A stretch of 64,000 nt of DNA from an uncultured SAR86 cluster bacterium (GCA_902554355.1 CACDOC010000001.1:3839-67838); one strand, 5' to 3'; shown: positions 19,275-27,783, counted from the stretch's first letter. Notes: generated by a model not told the origin, from the letters alone. Program-made: numbers and translations.

Positions 19275-20867
19275 TTATATTCCTAATCTTTCTATTGAAT
19301 CAATAATAATTTGATCTCGTTCACGCTTAACGAAATCTTCATTTGATAGAGCATATTCAAAATTAATAATCTCTTCTGTTGAAACGTTTATTAATCCTAC
19401 ACCAATAATTTTGGCCTTAATGTTCTTATAAGTTCCATATATATGGACCGGTGCATCGAAAGTAGGAGATATATTTTCTTTTTTAATTGAAAAATTATCA
19501 TTATCTAACAATTGATGTTCAACAATTATCAGAAAAAGTAGATCATTGAAGATTTCACGTGCCGTGTTCCTATCCATCTTAATTTCTTGAACTAACTTGA
19601 GCGAATCGTTCAATGCAGATTCATAAGACTTACCGTTGATACTTTCTTTCCTAAACTTACCAGGAGAATCAAATTTTATTGCCTCTACTTCCTCTACCCA
19701 ACGAGTTACCTCAAACTGAGCTCCATAAGCATTTTGGGCTTGATAAGTTGTTTTTGAATCAATCTTTGTATGTAGCCGCAGAGAGTCAGGAAGGTTAAAG
19801 ACTATTGCTCCTAAATCTGCATCGTATTCAGGTTTACCAGTAAAATAACTGATAGTAGGAGCAGGCAAGTCTTTTTTGTAACTAGCCAATCTAGCTTTGA
19901 AATCCTCTGAGGATTCAAACTGATCTTTTCTTAATTCTTCCGGAGGCTTATATCTTAAATCATTAGTTAAAGGGATTTTTTTAAAGCCTGATAATAAAGC
20001 ATAAACTTTTTTTGACACTAAAGAATAAGATGTCTCAGAGTTTCGTAAATTAGACTGTTTATCTAGGAGACTTTGTTTCCCTTCTCTAAGTTTTTCAAGA
20101 TAGAGCTGAGAGGACTGAGCTTTTCCTTCAAACAAAAATTCGGTAGACCCGTATTCGCCGCCTCCTAAGTCACAAAGAAAGGTAGGATTTATATCATCTG
20201 GTGCGTCAGAATAAGGGTCTTGAATTATTAGATTAATTGTAAATGTAGGGTCTACGATGTTTTTATGTTCAATTAAATCAAAGACAGTTGCGTTAGGTTT
20301 ATTAAGCACTTTTTTAGTTTTTCGACTTAAATTCTTATTTCCTATAATGTCACCTACGAATTTCATTGTGCACATATTCTTCCACTCTGTAAGATCCCAA
20401 ATAGGTTTATCTATCCCATATTTCCATAATGAGGGATACTTGTTATTCGCCAGTTTTAATGCAAATCCAGAAGTTGTAGATTCTCCGTGTATTCCTAAAT
20501 AGTTTGAAGGTGCTTTCCAGTGTATTGCTTTATGGGTGCCCTGGTTTTTTTCTAATGGACATTTAGAGTTCCATCTATCTTTGAAAGAAAGAGAGTTTTT
20601 AATAAAATCACAGTAATAGAAATCTGCGTAGACATAACCACCGAAAATAGATTGATAATCAGTTTCCATGCTTTCGACCAAGTACTCAGCAAAAAGGTTT
20701 TTTGAGTTAATATCAGTTTTTATAGCTCCATCTACATCACATAAAGAAAATTGTATTGAGCAAAATTGACTTAAGGTATTTTTGTAATAATTAGATCTAA
20801 TATCTTCAGCCCAAGCATTAGTCGCTAACAATAGCAGGAAGGCGAAGGTTAAGTGAGTTTTTCTCAT
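19275..20867 (-). CDS. hypothetical secreted Cys-containing protein (orphan)
   Basis: 530 aa with a signal peptide (LLLLATNAWA/ED). The long uninterrupted ORF in AT-rich DNA supports coding. No family recognised. Confidence 0.6.
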   Translation of the reverse strand: MRKTHLTFAFLLLLATNAWAEDIRSNYYKNTLSQFCSIQFSLCDVDGAIKTDINSKNLFAEYLVESMETDYQSIFGGYVYADFYYCDFIKNSLSFKDRWNSKCPLEKNQGTHKAIHWKAPSNYLGIHGESTTSGFALKLANNKYPSLWKYGIDKPIWDLTEWKNMCTMKFVGDIIGNKNLSRKTKKVLNKPNATVFDLIEHKNIVDPTFTINLIIQDPYSDAPDDINPTFLCDLGGGEYGSTEFLFEGKAQSSQLYLEKLREGKQSLLDKQSNLRNSETSYSLVSKKVYALLSGFKKIPLTNDLRYKPPEELRKDQFESSEDFKARLASYKKDLPAPTISYFTGKPEYDADLGAIVFNLPDSLRLHTKIDSKTTYQAQNAYGAQFEVTRWVEEVEAIKFDSPGKFRKESINGKSYESALNDSLKLVQEIKMDRNTAREIFNDLLFLIIVEHQLLDNDNFSIKKENISPTFDAPVHIYGTYKNIKAKIIGVGLINVSTEEIINFEYALSNEDFVKRERDQIIIDSIERLGI

Positions 20868-20918
20868 AATCTAACTATACCTTCCAATTAAATTTAATGG
20901 AACTAAGTAGATTTTGAG

Positions 20919-20994
20919 TGGTGGGCGATACAGGACTTGAACCTGTAACTTCCACCGTGTAAAGGTGGCACTCTACCAATTGAGTTAATCGCCC
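20919..20994 (-). tRNA. tRNA-Val (anticodon TAC)
   Basis: The reverse complement GGGCGATTAACTCAATTGGTAGAGTGCCACCTTTACACGGTGGAAGTTACAGGTTCAAGTCCTGTATCGCCCACCA folds as a cloverleaf. The CCA end is encoded. Confidence 0.9.
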
Positions 20995-21008
20995 TAAAGT
21001 GGCGTGCG

Positions 21009-21037
21009 ATTATATTATTCAACTTTGTTTTAGTCAT
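21009..21037 (-). promoter_or_regulatory. candidate sigma70 promoter of tRNA-Val
   Basis: On the minus strand: -35 ATGACT, 17-nt spacer, perfect -10 TATAAT, then a GC-rich discriminator CGCACGCC, about 8-15 nt before the tRNA 5' end. Confidence 0.35.
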
Positions 21038-21128
21038 CTTAATAATTGAATTAGCAGTATTATTTTTTTCATCACTAAAACAATACTAATAATATTCCTA
21101 AAATGAATGTAGATTATGAGTTAAGAAG

Positions 21129-21150
21129 GCCCTTCCTTCGGGGCAGTTTT
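21129..21150 (+). other. orphan GC-rich hairpin plus T-run (degenerate terminator-like element)
   Basis: GCCC-TTCCTTCG-GGGC followed by AGTTTT. It resembles the terminator at 23657-23681, but no plus-strand gene lies upstream. Confidence 0.25.
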
Positions 21151-21240
21151 AATGATAATTTTAAATTAACTAAGTAACCAGGAAGTTTCTTTGTTAAAAT
21201 GTTAGAGTCCGAGTTTTAGAATTTACTGGATAAAGCTGAT

Positions 21241-22776
21241 ATGGAAGTTTCTAAGAATCAAAAATCTGGCTTTTTTAAATTTGATCAAATTAGTGAATCA
21301 AAGGCTGAAGTTAATCACTCTTCAGCACTTTTTCTTTTAAAAGAATCAAAAATTCAAGACATAACAACTAACCTCTGTTTCCTAAATTATTGGAAGATTA
21401 AAAGAAATGTCATAAATCTCAGAGGACATATAACTATAAGAGATCTTGAAGGTCATGATATACACGAAGAAGAGATAGAAGTTATAGATCTAAAGGCGTA
21501 TAAAATAGACTTAAGGTCTGTTTTGAATTCTCAGGGAATTTTTGAGTTCACTGGGTTGGTGGAGATAGAGTTTTTCTCTAAAGTTAATTTGTTTGTTCCT
21601 TATCCTGCTGTGAATGTTGTCTATTCTGGAAAAAACTGGCATACGTGTATGCATTCTACAGCTCGATACTTTTATGAAGATAGCGGAGATAAGAAAGAAC
21701 TTATTAGAAATAAACAAAATTCTACTGAATCCAACATAACATTATTCAGTCAGCCTGAGATTACTAATGAAGTTTATATTCACAATGGGATTCACGAGAT
21801 TCTAAATGAAGATATAACACTCACTGTTACAAATCATCTTGGTAAAAAACAAAAAACTGTTTTAACTAATACTGAAATGAGACCACGAGAGACACTTGTA
21901 ATTTCTATTGATGATCATTTAGATTATAAGACTTTCCTAGATGGAAAGCGTGGAATGCTTACTGTTGAATATGTATCACAAGGTGTATTTCCTAGAATCA
22001 TGTTTTTAAATAAAACATTAGATGGCTCTTTCTCGGTTGAGCACAGTAACTTTGGATTATCTGAGGCCTCTTTACTCGATTGCACACCAACTAAAGAAGA
22101 AAAAAGCCTAATGTTCAGTTTGCCTTTGTTGCCTATCGAGTACATAACTGAAGTAGATATATTTCCAACCTATCCCATTCTTGATTCCCCTTATAGTGTA
22201 GAAATTGTAAAGGAAGATTTTGAGGGCAAACACTTATCTAAAGAAGAAATATTCCTTAATAATACAGCTCCTTTTCTTCAACACTCATTAGAACCAGATG
22301 AAAAAACCACTAATATTCAAATAGACTACAGAAATCCTGATGCTCTTCCTAACCGTTTCCATACTGCAATTAACTACAGATATAAAAATACTACATTACC
22401 TGGAATACTTCTTGATGGACCTATACCTAAAGCTGCACGCCCAATAGGCACTCGTTGGTGTCCTTTTTTTTGGAATAATAAGTCTATAAATACTCGAATA
22501 GTGATCTCTTCAAGGGTTTATGATCCCTCTGAGGCAAATAATATGGTGAAAATCACATTCCAACTTTTTGGTCAAAACAAAGAGTACTTATCTTTTGATA
22601 AAGAAATTCCTCAAAGACAAAGTTTTGAACTCGATATTAGAGAAACTTTAACAGAACATAATTGGTTGAGTGATTACGGTTGGATTTATATGAACTTTAA
22701 TCCAAGCTCACTATTCAATGTTTATTGGCTTTCTGAAAAAGAGAATAATTCTATTATGTGTGATCATGCATTTTAA
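21241..22776 (+). CDS. hypothetical cytoplasmic protein (orphan)
   Basis: 511-aa uninterrupted ORF with no signal peptide, no TM segment and no motif I recognise. Confidence 0.6.
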   Translation: MEVSKNQKSGFFKFDQISESKAEVNHSSALFLLKESKIQDITTNLCFLNYWKIKRNVINLRGHITIRDLEGHDIHEEEIEVIDLKAYKIDLRSVLNSQGIFEFTGLVEIEFFSKVNLFVPYPAVNVVYSGKNWHTCMHSTARYFYEDSGDKKELIRNKQNSTESNITLFSQPEITNEVYIHNGIHEILNEDITLTVTNHLGKKQKTVLTNTEMRPRETLVISIDDHLDYKTFLDGKRGMLTVEYVSQGVFPRIMFLNKTLDGSFSVEHSNFGLSEASLLDCTPTKEEKSLMFSLPLLPIEYITEVDIFPTYPILDSPYSVEIVKEDFEGKHLSKEEIFLNNTAPFLQHSLEPDEKTTNIQIDYRNPDALPNRFHTAINYRYKNTTLPGILLDGPIPKAARPIGTRWCPFFWNNKSINTRIVISSRVYDPSEANNMVKITFQLFGQNKEYLSFDKEIPQRQSFELDIRETLTEHNWLSDYGWIYMNFNPSSLFNVYWLSEKENNSIMCDHAF

Positions 22777-22885
22777 AAGCTTCTAATCTTTAATTTCTTC
22801 TTTGGGAAATTATTCTAAAGTATTTACTCCGCATAGAACTCCGTTTAGTATCTTCGAATATTAACTATTTCTATAGGAGAAATTT

Positions 22886-23629
22886 ATGAAATATATATTA
22901 AGTTTAATGCTGGTATTTTCTATTGGTCTTTTTGCTGAAGATAGCGAATACAAGTATGAACCAGAAGGTAATGCTGCTGAATACTACATAGGTAACTTTA
23001 ACAAAGGTAAAGATTTAGATGACTTAGTAAAGTGGTATGGAAAATTTTCAAAATGGGCTGAAGATAAGGGTGTATACGATGATATGAGTATCGCAATCCT
23101 AACTCCATATTTTCATGCTGACCTCGCATCCATGGACGCAATGTGGGTAAATAATTTTCCTACTCAGTCTGCACAATATGCTGCCCTTAATGCTTGGATG
23201 ACTCAAGGAGGTCCTAAGTTGCTAAAGAGTTTACCTCTCACGAATTCTAGACAAGTAAGTACATTTCAGTGGGTTATCTCAACTCCTGCTGATCCAGAAG
23301 AAGGCGATTTGATGGTTGCTGTATATACTGATTGTAAATTTGAAGAAGGTTACGACGGCAGAAAGGTTTATGATCTTTACAAAGACTTTGCTATATACGC
23401 TCAATCTCAAGGAGACACTGTAGGCAGAAAGATGATTTTTCCGTCAGCAGGTTATGATGGCGACGCTGACTTTGTAAGACTGCTATACACATCTTCTATA
23501 GATGGTATGGGAGTAAATCAAGAATTATATTGGGATAAACTTGATGGGTCTGAAGCTTCACAAAATTTAAAAGGTTTTTCTTGCTCTAATCCTAGAGAGT
23601 ATATTGGCCGTCCAATGAGAGGCATGTAA
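22886..23629 (+). CDS. hypothetical exported protein with two tandem ~100-aa alpha+beta repeats
   Basis: 247 aa. AGGAGA RBS 8 nt upstream, signal peptide (LMLVFSIGLFA/ED), and internal repeat NFNKGKDLDDLVKWYGKFSKWAEDKG / KFEEGYDGRKVYDLYKDFAIYAQSQG. Confidence 0.65.
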   Translation: MKYILSLMLVFSIGLFAEDSEYKYEPEGNAAEYYIGNFNKGKDLDDLVKWYGKFSKWAEDKGVYDDMSIAILTPYFHADLASMDAMWVNNFPTQSAQYAALNAWMTQGGPKLLKSLPLTNSRQVSTFQWVISTPADPEEGDLMVAVYTDCKFEEGYDGRKVYDLYKDFAIYAQSQGDTVGRKMIFPSAGYDGDADFVRLLYTSSIDGMGVNQELYWDKLDGSEASQNLKGFSCSNPREYIGRPMRGM

Positions 23630-23656
23630 CCCTTTTTTTTATAAAGAAAGAAATTT

Positions 23657-23681
23657 AAAAGGGCCCTTCGGGGCCTTTTTA
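23657..23681 (+). terminator. Rho-independent terminator
   Basis: AAAA-GGGCCC-TTCG-GGGCC-TTTTT: GC stem, UUCG tetraloop and T-run, 28 nt after the stop codon. Confidence 0.7.
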
Positions 23682-23771
23682 ATATCTGAGTTTTAAAGGT
23701 ATATCTTTTTAAAACCTTTCTGTAGATTTATAAAAATTTGATGTAGGAGTATAGTAATTATAGGAGAGATT

Positions 23772-24515
23772 ATGAAAAATTTATTAGTAACTGGCGCCGC
23801 TGGTGGAATAGGATCTGAAATTGCTACCTCCGCTAGCAAAGAAGGATATAGAGTTGGATTAATAGACCAAAACTCTGCAAAATTGAAAGAAGTGGAAGCG
23901 AAGATAGAGAATTCAATAAGTCTGCCTGCAGATATCACTAAAGAAGATTCAGTTAATGAAGCTTTAGATTTATTTGGAGAAACTCCAGATGGATTGGTTA
24001 ATTGTGCAGGTATAGTTAGATTCGGAAGCTTGTTAGATCAGCAAGTCAAAGATTTTGAAGATGTAATAAATGTGAATTTACTAGGATGCTTTATTGTAAG
24101 TTGTTGTGTAGCGAGACTTATGAAAAATAATGGTTCAGGCAATATCATTAATATCAGTTCTATAAGTGGAGGAAAACATCCTGCTATACATTCAGGTGCG
24201 TATGCAGCTACAAAAGCTGGAGTAGCAATGCTATCTGAACAAATGTCTCTTGAGTGGGGAAGAGAAGGAATACGAGTAAACGCAATCTCACCTGGATTTA
24301 TTGATTCAGGTATGTCGGCTGATCATTACGTAGACCCTGTAGAAAGGGAAAAAAGAGAAGGAATGGTTCCAATCCAAAAAATAGGTGAAGCACAAGATAT
24401 TGCGAATGTTGTTATGTTTTTACTATCCGATGAATCTTCCTACATTCATGGAGAAAACATAATTGTAGATGGCGGTGTTATGAATAGCGTCTTAGCTAAT
24501 ATAGGAAGAAATTAA
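23772..24515 (+). CDS. classical SDR-family oxidoreductase
   Basis: 247 aa. Contains TGAAGGIGS, NISS, catalytic YAATK and PGFI. Confidence 0.85.
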   Translation: MKNLLVTGAAGGIGSEIATSASKEGYRVGLIDQNSAKLKEVEAKIENSISLPADITKEDSVNEALDLFGETPDGLVNCAGIVRFGSLLDQQVKDFEDVINVNLLGCFIVSCCVARLMKNNGSGNIINISSISGGKHPAIHSGAYAATKAGVAMLSEQMSLEWGREGIRVNAISPGFIDSGMSADHYVDPVEREKREGMVPIQKIGEAQDIANVVMFLLSDESSYIHGENIIVDGGVMNSVLANIGRN

Positions 24516-24526
24516 AATAGAACTTT

Positions 24527-25501
24527 CTATAAACGTAAAAGTTTTTTGGCATTATCCGCAAGGTAAGAAGGGATTTCTTTAATAGAATTTCTATCGGGTT
24601 GATCCCAACCTAAAAAATTAGTCCCCAGCACTTGCCTTTCTTTTCCTACTATTTCATTCAATAGATTTAATGAGGCTTCTTGATGAACATGATTATCAAA
24701 CCAGATTAACTGAAGTTGTCTTAGGAATTCGCCTTTTTCTTTTATCCAATCTGGAGAAGTATGTCTATTCTCAGCTGCTAAGGCCATCCTTCCAGCTAGA
24801 AACGCTATATTCCCTCCTCCGTGACTAATGCATATATCAAGATCTGGGTGTCTATGTAACACACCTCCAAATATCAAATTACCCAAAGCTGCTGATTCAT
24901 CATTTGCGAATCCAACCGTTAGATCTAAGCTGTATAAATCTAATCTATTGTCAGAGTGAGGTCCATTAATACCCTGAGGTGCAGGATGTATAAATAGAGG
25001 TACATCCAATTCAACACAGGAACTATAAAAATCATCCATCTCTTGGTCTGCGAAACCCAAAGGGAAATCTGTACCTATGTATGCACCATGAAAACCAAAC
25101 TCTTTTACACATCTTTCAAGCTCTTTAGAAGCTGCTTGTGGGTCCTGCATTGGTAAAGATGCAAAACCACCTAAATGGTTTCTATGATCAGAAATAGAAT
25201 TTGCCATAGTGTCATTATGTAATTTGCAATAGCTAATGGCTTCTTTTGGGTCTATAAAATGAAAATAAGTTATAGGGTTTGGAGAAATAACTTGATAATC
25301 AATTCCCAAGGATTCCATAGCATCTAATCGAAGATTTATATCCATAAAAGGGGTATTTTCATACTTAACCCCTTTAAGCCTATAATCTCCTACACGAAAC
25401 CAAGGATTGTCTTTCTGACCTCCTATTTCAGGACCCAGTCCTTTGATGGAATTTAAAGTTTCCTTAAAAATGGCATGAGCGTGAATGTCAATTACGTCCA
25501 T
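24527..25501 (-). CDS. amidohydrolase-2 family protein (ACMSD/LigW-type metal-dependent decarboxylase or hydratase)
   Basis: 324 aa. N-terminal DIHAHAIF (HxH), later FIHP and ISHGGG blocks. Confidence 0.7.
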   Translation of the reverse strand: MDVIDIHAHAIFKETLNSIKGLGPEIGGQKDNPWFRVGDYRLKGVKYENTPFMDINLRLDAMESLGIDYQVISPNPITYFHFIDPKEAISYCKLHNDTMANSISDHRNHLGGFASLPMQDPQAASKELERCVKEFGFHGAYIGTDFPLGFADQEMDDFYSSCVELDVPLFIHPAPQGINGPHSDNRLDLYSLDLTVGFANDESAALGNLIFGGVLHRHPDLDICISHGGGNIAFLAGRMALAAENRHTSPDWIKEKGEFLRQLQLIWFDNHVHQEASLNLLNEIVGKERQVLGTNFLGWDQPDRNSIKEIPSYLADNAKKLLRL

Positions 25502-25510
25502 TACGAAGTT

Positions 25511-26656
25511 TTACCAGTTACTTCCTTCTGTGTTCATAAATTTGTCTACCCAATTATGGTAATTCTGAACGGCTGGTTCATTCTTACCGTAAACAAAATT
25601 ATGAGATTCTAGTTTAGAGATATTGGATTGAATCTGAAGTCCCATTTTATAGTCTTCATCAACAACGGCTTGTAAGACCATGTCACTAAAATCTTGAGTG
25701 GTTTTCTTTTCTTCTTTTGTTTTTGGTTCTTCTGCAGACAAGATTGTTTGGCGAGTGATTGTAAAATCAGGAGATGAGGTGGGGAAAATCTGACTTACTA
25801 GACAATGCCCTCCTAATACACCTGAGATTGATAAATTAGGAAAACCAGAATGTATTAAACGTATATGATCTAGAGGATCTTCCCATTCTTCTTCCGGTTT
25901 ATCTATCAATTCACTTAACGATTTTCTTCCAAACGTTAATCTTTGATGAGGTCCATAAGTGTCCAAAACTAAGAGATTACCTACAGTATGTTTTCCTACC
26001 GTGTCGCCATGCAACTGATTGTGGTGGTAAGCCTCTAGATAACCATCTAGCGCTACTTTCCAACCAGGTCCTTCAATTTCTCTTTGGTCAAAAATATGCC
26101 ATTCTTTTAAATTAAGCGTTTCAAGTTCTAAAGCAAAATCTCCTAACCAGCTATCAATATCAAATTGCACTTTTGGATTTAAAGTTACCCATATAAGTCC
26201 AGCCCTCTCCTCACAATTTAATTCTATAAGGCCGAATTCTTCTTTATTTAGATCTCCAAATGTTTTTTCACCATACATTCCAACCAGCTTTCCTTCATGA
26301 TTGTAAGTCCATGCATGGTAAGGGCAGATGAAATTTCTTTTTTCACCTCTACCTTCCTCACACACTTGAGAACCTCTGTGCCTACAAACATTAAGAAATG
26401 CCCTCGCTTTCATGTCCTCACCTCTTGTTATGAGTACTGGCGTATCTATCACTTTCATAGCTCTATGGCTATTTGCATTAGATATTTCACTACTGAGACA
26501 CAATGCTAAAGGTAGAGTCTTATATATTCTTTCTATTTCGTTTTGATAACGGTCAGAATTAACATAAGCTTCTATAGAATTAGACATTATCCCTTCAGCT
26601 TGGTCAGTGGTTTTATTTTTAAAATGCTCAAGGGCCCTTTTAGCTAGACCTAGCAT
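25511..26656 (-). CDS. Rieske [2Fe-2S] non-heme-iron oxygenase, alpha subunit
   Basis: Contains CRHRG...CPYHAW and LEAYHHNQLHGD. I place the start at ATG 26656 (MLGLAKR...). The ORF-track start at 26767 would overlap the upstream gene by 95 nt. Confidence 0.85.
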   Translation of the reverse strand: MLGLAKRALEHFKNKTTDQAEGIMSNSIEAYVNSDRYQNEIERIYKTLPLALCLSSEISNANSHRAMKVIDTPVLITRGEDMKARAFLNVCRHRGSQVCEEGRGEKRNFICPYHAWTYNHEGKLVGMYGEKTFGDLNKEEFGLIELNCEERAGLIWVTLNPKVQFDIDSWLGDFALELETLNLKEWHIFDQREIEGPGWKVALDGYLEAYHHNQLHGDTVGKHTVGNLLVLDTYGPHQRLTFGRKSLSELIDKPEEEWEDPLDHIRLIHSGFPNLSISGVLGGHCLVSQIFPTSSPDFTITRQTILSAEEPKTKEEKKTTQDFSDMVLQAVVDEDYKMGLQIQSNISKLESHNFVYGKNEPAVQNYHNWVDKFMNTEGSNW

Positions 26657-26672
26657 TTCTTCTGAATTAGAG

Positions 26673-27242
26673 CTATTTCTTTTCACTTTTATATTTTTCT
26701 TGAAATTCAATCCAGGCTGGTACTGATTCTGGTATGTCAGCAGCAACGTTTGTATCACCCATGCCAACTCTTAAAGGGCTTGAAAGCATTTCGACGTATT
26801 CTTTTGTTTTGACGTAATAAAAGAAATGAATGACTCTTTTTGTAAATTTCCAAACGCCATCTTCCTTGGCGTAATTATCGTCATATCTCATGGCAGCAAG
26901 ACTTACTACTCCGTCACGAGTAGTTTCCGCATGACTATAGACGACTCCAGTAGCTAAATCTTTCTTTTCAGAATGCATTTGGACTCTCACGTCATGAGTC
27001 CAATGAAAAGAAGGACCTCTAGATTTAAAAACTTCTAGGTACATATCAATTATATTTTGCCTACCTTTGCTTTTAAGCATTCCGCTAGGAGAGTCAAATT
27101 CGGCATCTTCAGTAAAGAGCTTTTCTAATGATTCTAAGTCCTGCTGATCACATGCTTCAGCATATTTAGAAACTAAATCTCTAATTTCTTCTTTGGACTC
27201 TAGCCTTTCAAGTCTTTCAATGGTCTTGGTATTTTCTTCCAT
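26673..27242 (-). CDS. NTF2/SnoaL-like protein (possible oxygenase beta-like partner)
   Basis: 189 aa. Contains LVSKYAEACDQQDLESLEKLFTEDAEFD, typical of SnoaL-like proteins. Lies 16 nt upstream of the Rieske alpha gene. Confidence 0.55.
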   Translation of the reverse strand: MEENTKTIERLERLESKEEIRDLVSKYAEACDQQDLESLEKLFTEDAEFDSPSGMLKSKGRQNIIDMYLEVFKSRGPSFHWTHDVRVQMHSEKKDLATGVVYSHAETTRDGVVSLAAMRYDDNYAKEDGVWKFTKRVIHFFYYVKTKEYVEMLSSPLRVGMGDTNVAADIPESVPAWIEFQEKYKSEKK

Positions 27243-27270
27243 ACTTAAACAGTAAATAAATTAATCTAAT

Positions 27271-27783
27271 TTAGAACTTAGATGAAGTAGAAGCTGACAA
27301 GATCTCAATCCAGTAACCGTCAGGGTCCTTTATAAAAGCTAACCCTTTCATGTTTCCGTCATCAGGTTTCTTTATAAATTCAATTCCTTTCTTCTCAAAT
27401 CCTTCGCACGCAGCGTATACATCTGGAACAGTAATACCAATGTGGCCAAATCCTCTAGGATCAGAATTACCATCGTGATATGAAAACGAATCGTCATCTT
27501 CAGTGCCATAATTATGGGTTAATTCCAGCATGGCCTTTTGACTAAAAGCATATTCTGCTCTCTTTACTGGATCAGAAGGAACTGCCTCATCTTCATCTCT
27601 TAAATAACCTAGGAAATATAAAGTAAATTCCATGTCCGGAAAATCCAATTGCTTTATTAATGTCATTCCTAATACATTGACATAAAACTCCAACGAATCC
27701 TTCGGATCTTTAATTCTTAACATTGTTTGATTAAAGACAAATTCTTCTGTTCCTTTAGATAAAGGTTTTTTTAATTCTTGCAT
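27271..27783 (-). CDS. gloA: lactoylglutathione lyase (glyoxalase I), long Glo1 type
   Basis: 170 aa. Long colinear identity blocks with human GLO1 as I remember it: [77 protein letters not shown]. Confidence 0.9.
   Translation of the reverse strand: MQELKKPLSKGTEEFVFNQTMLRIKDPKDSLEFYVNVLGMTLIKQLDFPDMEFTLYFLGYLRDEDEAVPSDPVKRAEYAFSQKAMLELTHNYGTEDDDSFSYHDGNSDPRGFGHIGITVPDVYAACEGFEKKGIEFIKKPDDGNMKGLAFIKDPDGYWIEILSASTSSKF

Noticed and set aside
21103-21177. 24-codon ORF (MNVDYELRRPFLRGSFNDNFKLTK) spanning the orphan hairpin in the tRNA-Val/511-aa gap
   Set aside because: It has no RBS and is very short. The hairpin lies inside it rather than after it, and such ORFs arise by chance.
22464-22471. 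T8 homopolymer inside the 511-aa orphan (TGT CCT TTT TTT TGG) as a possible phase-variation tract
   Set aside because: It encodes Phe-Phe in an intact frame. Such a tract is short for contingency loci and common in AT-rich coding sequence, and a single sequence gives no evidence of length variation.
21241-22776. Internal duplication of the 511-aa orphan, suggested by the two halves ending ...SVEHSNF and ...MCDHAF
   Set aside because: Only the short terminal H..F similarity is visible. I could not extend an alignment between the halves by eye, so I do not claim it.
19275-23629. tRNA-Val-associated genomic island or prophage remnant
   Set aside because: No integrase, recombinase, transposase or phage gene is present. 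By eye I found no direct repeat of the tRNA 3' segment. The base composition looks the same as the surroundings. I report the orphan genes, but a mobile-element call is unsupported.
26657-26767. Upstream extensions that make ORFs overlap their neighbours (Rieske 25511-26767; also 41217-41252, 42904-42957, 45605-45643, 45612-45626, 60998-61027 and 62039-62044)
   Set aside because: In each case an internal ATG gives a protein that begins at the expected family N-terminus or signal peptide and removes a long overlap. I treat the extensions as ORF-caller artefacts rather than overlapping genes or frameshifts.
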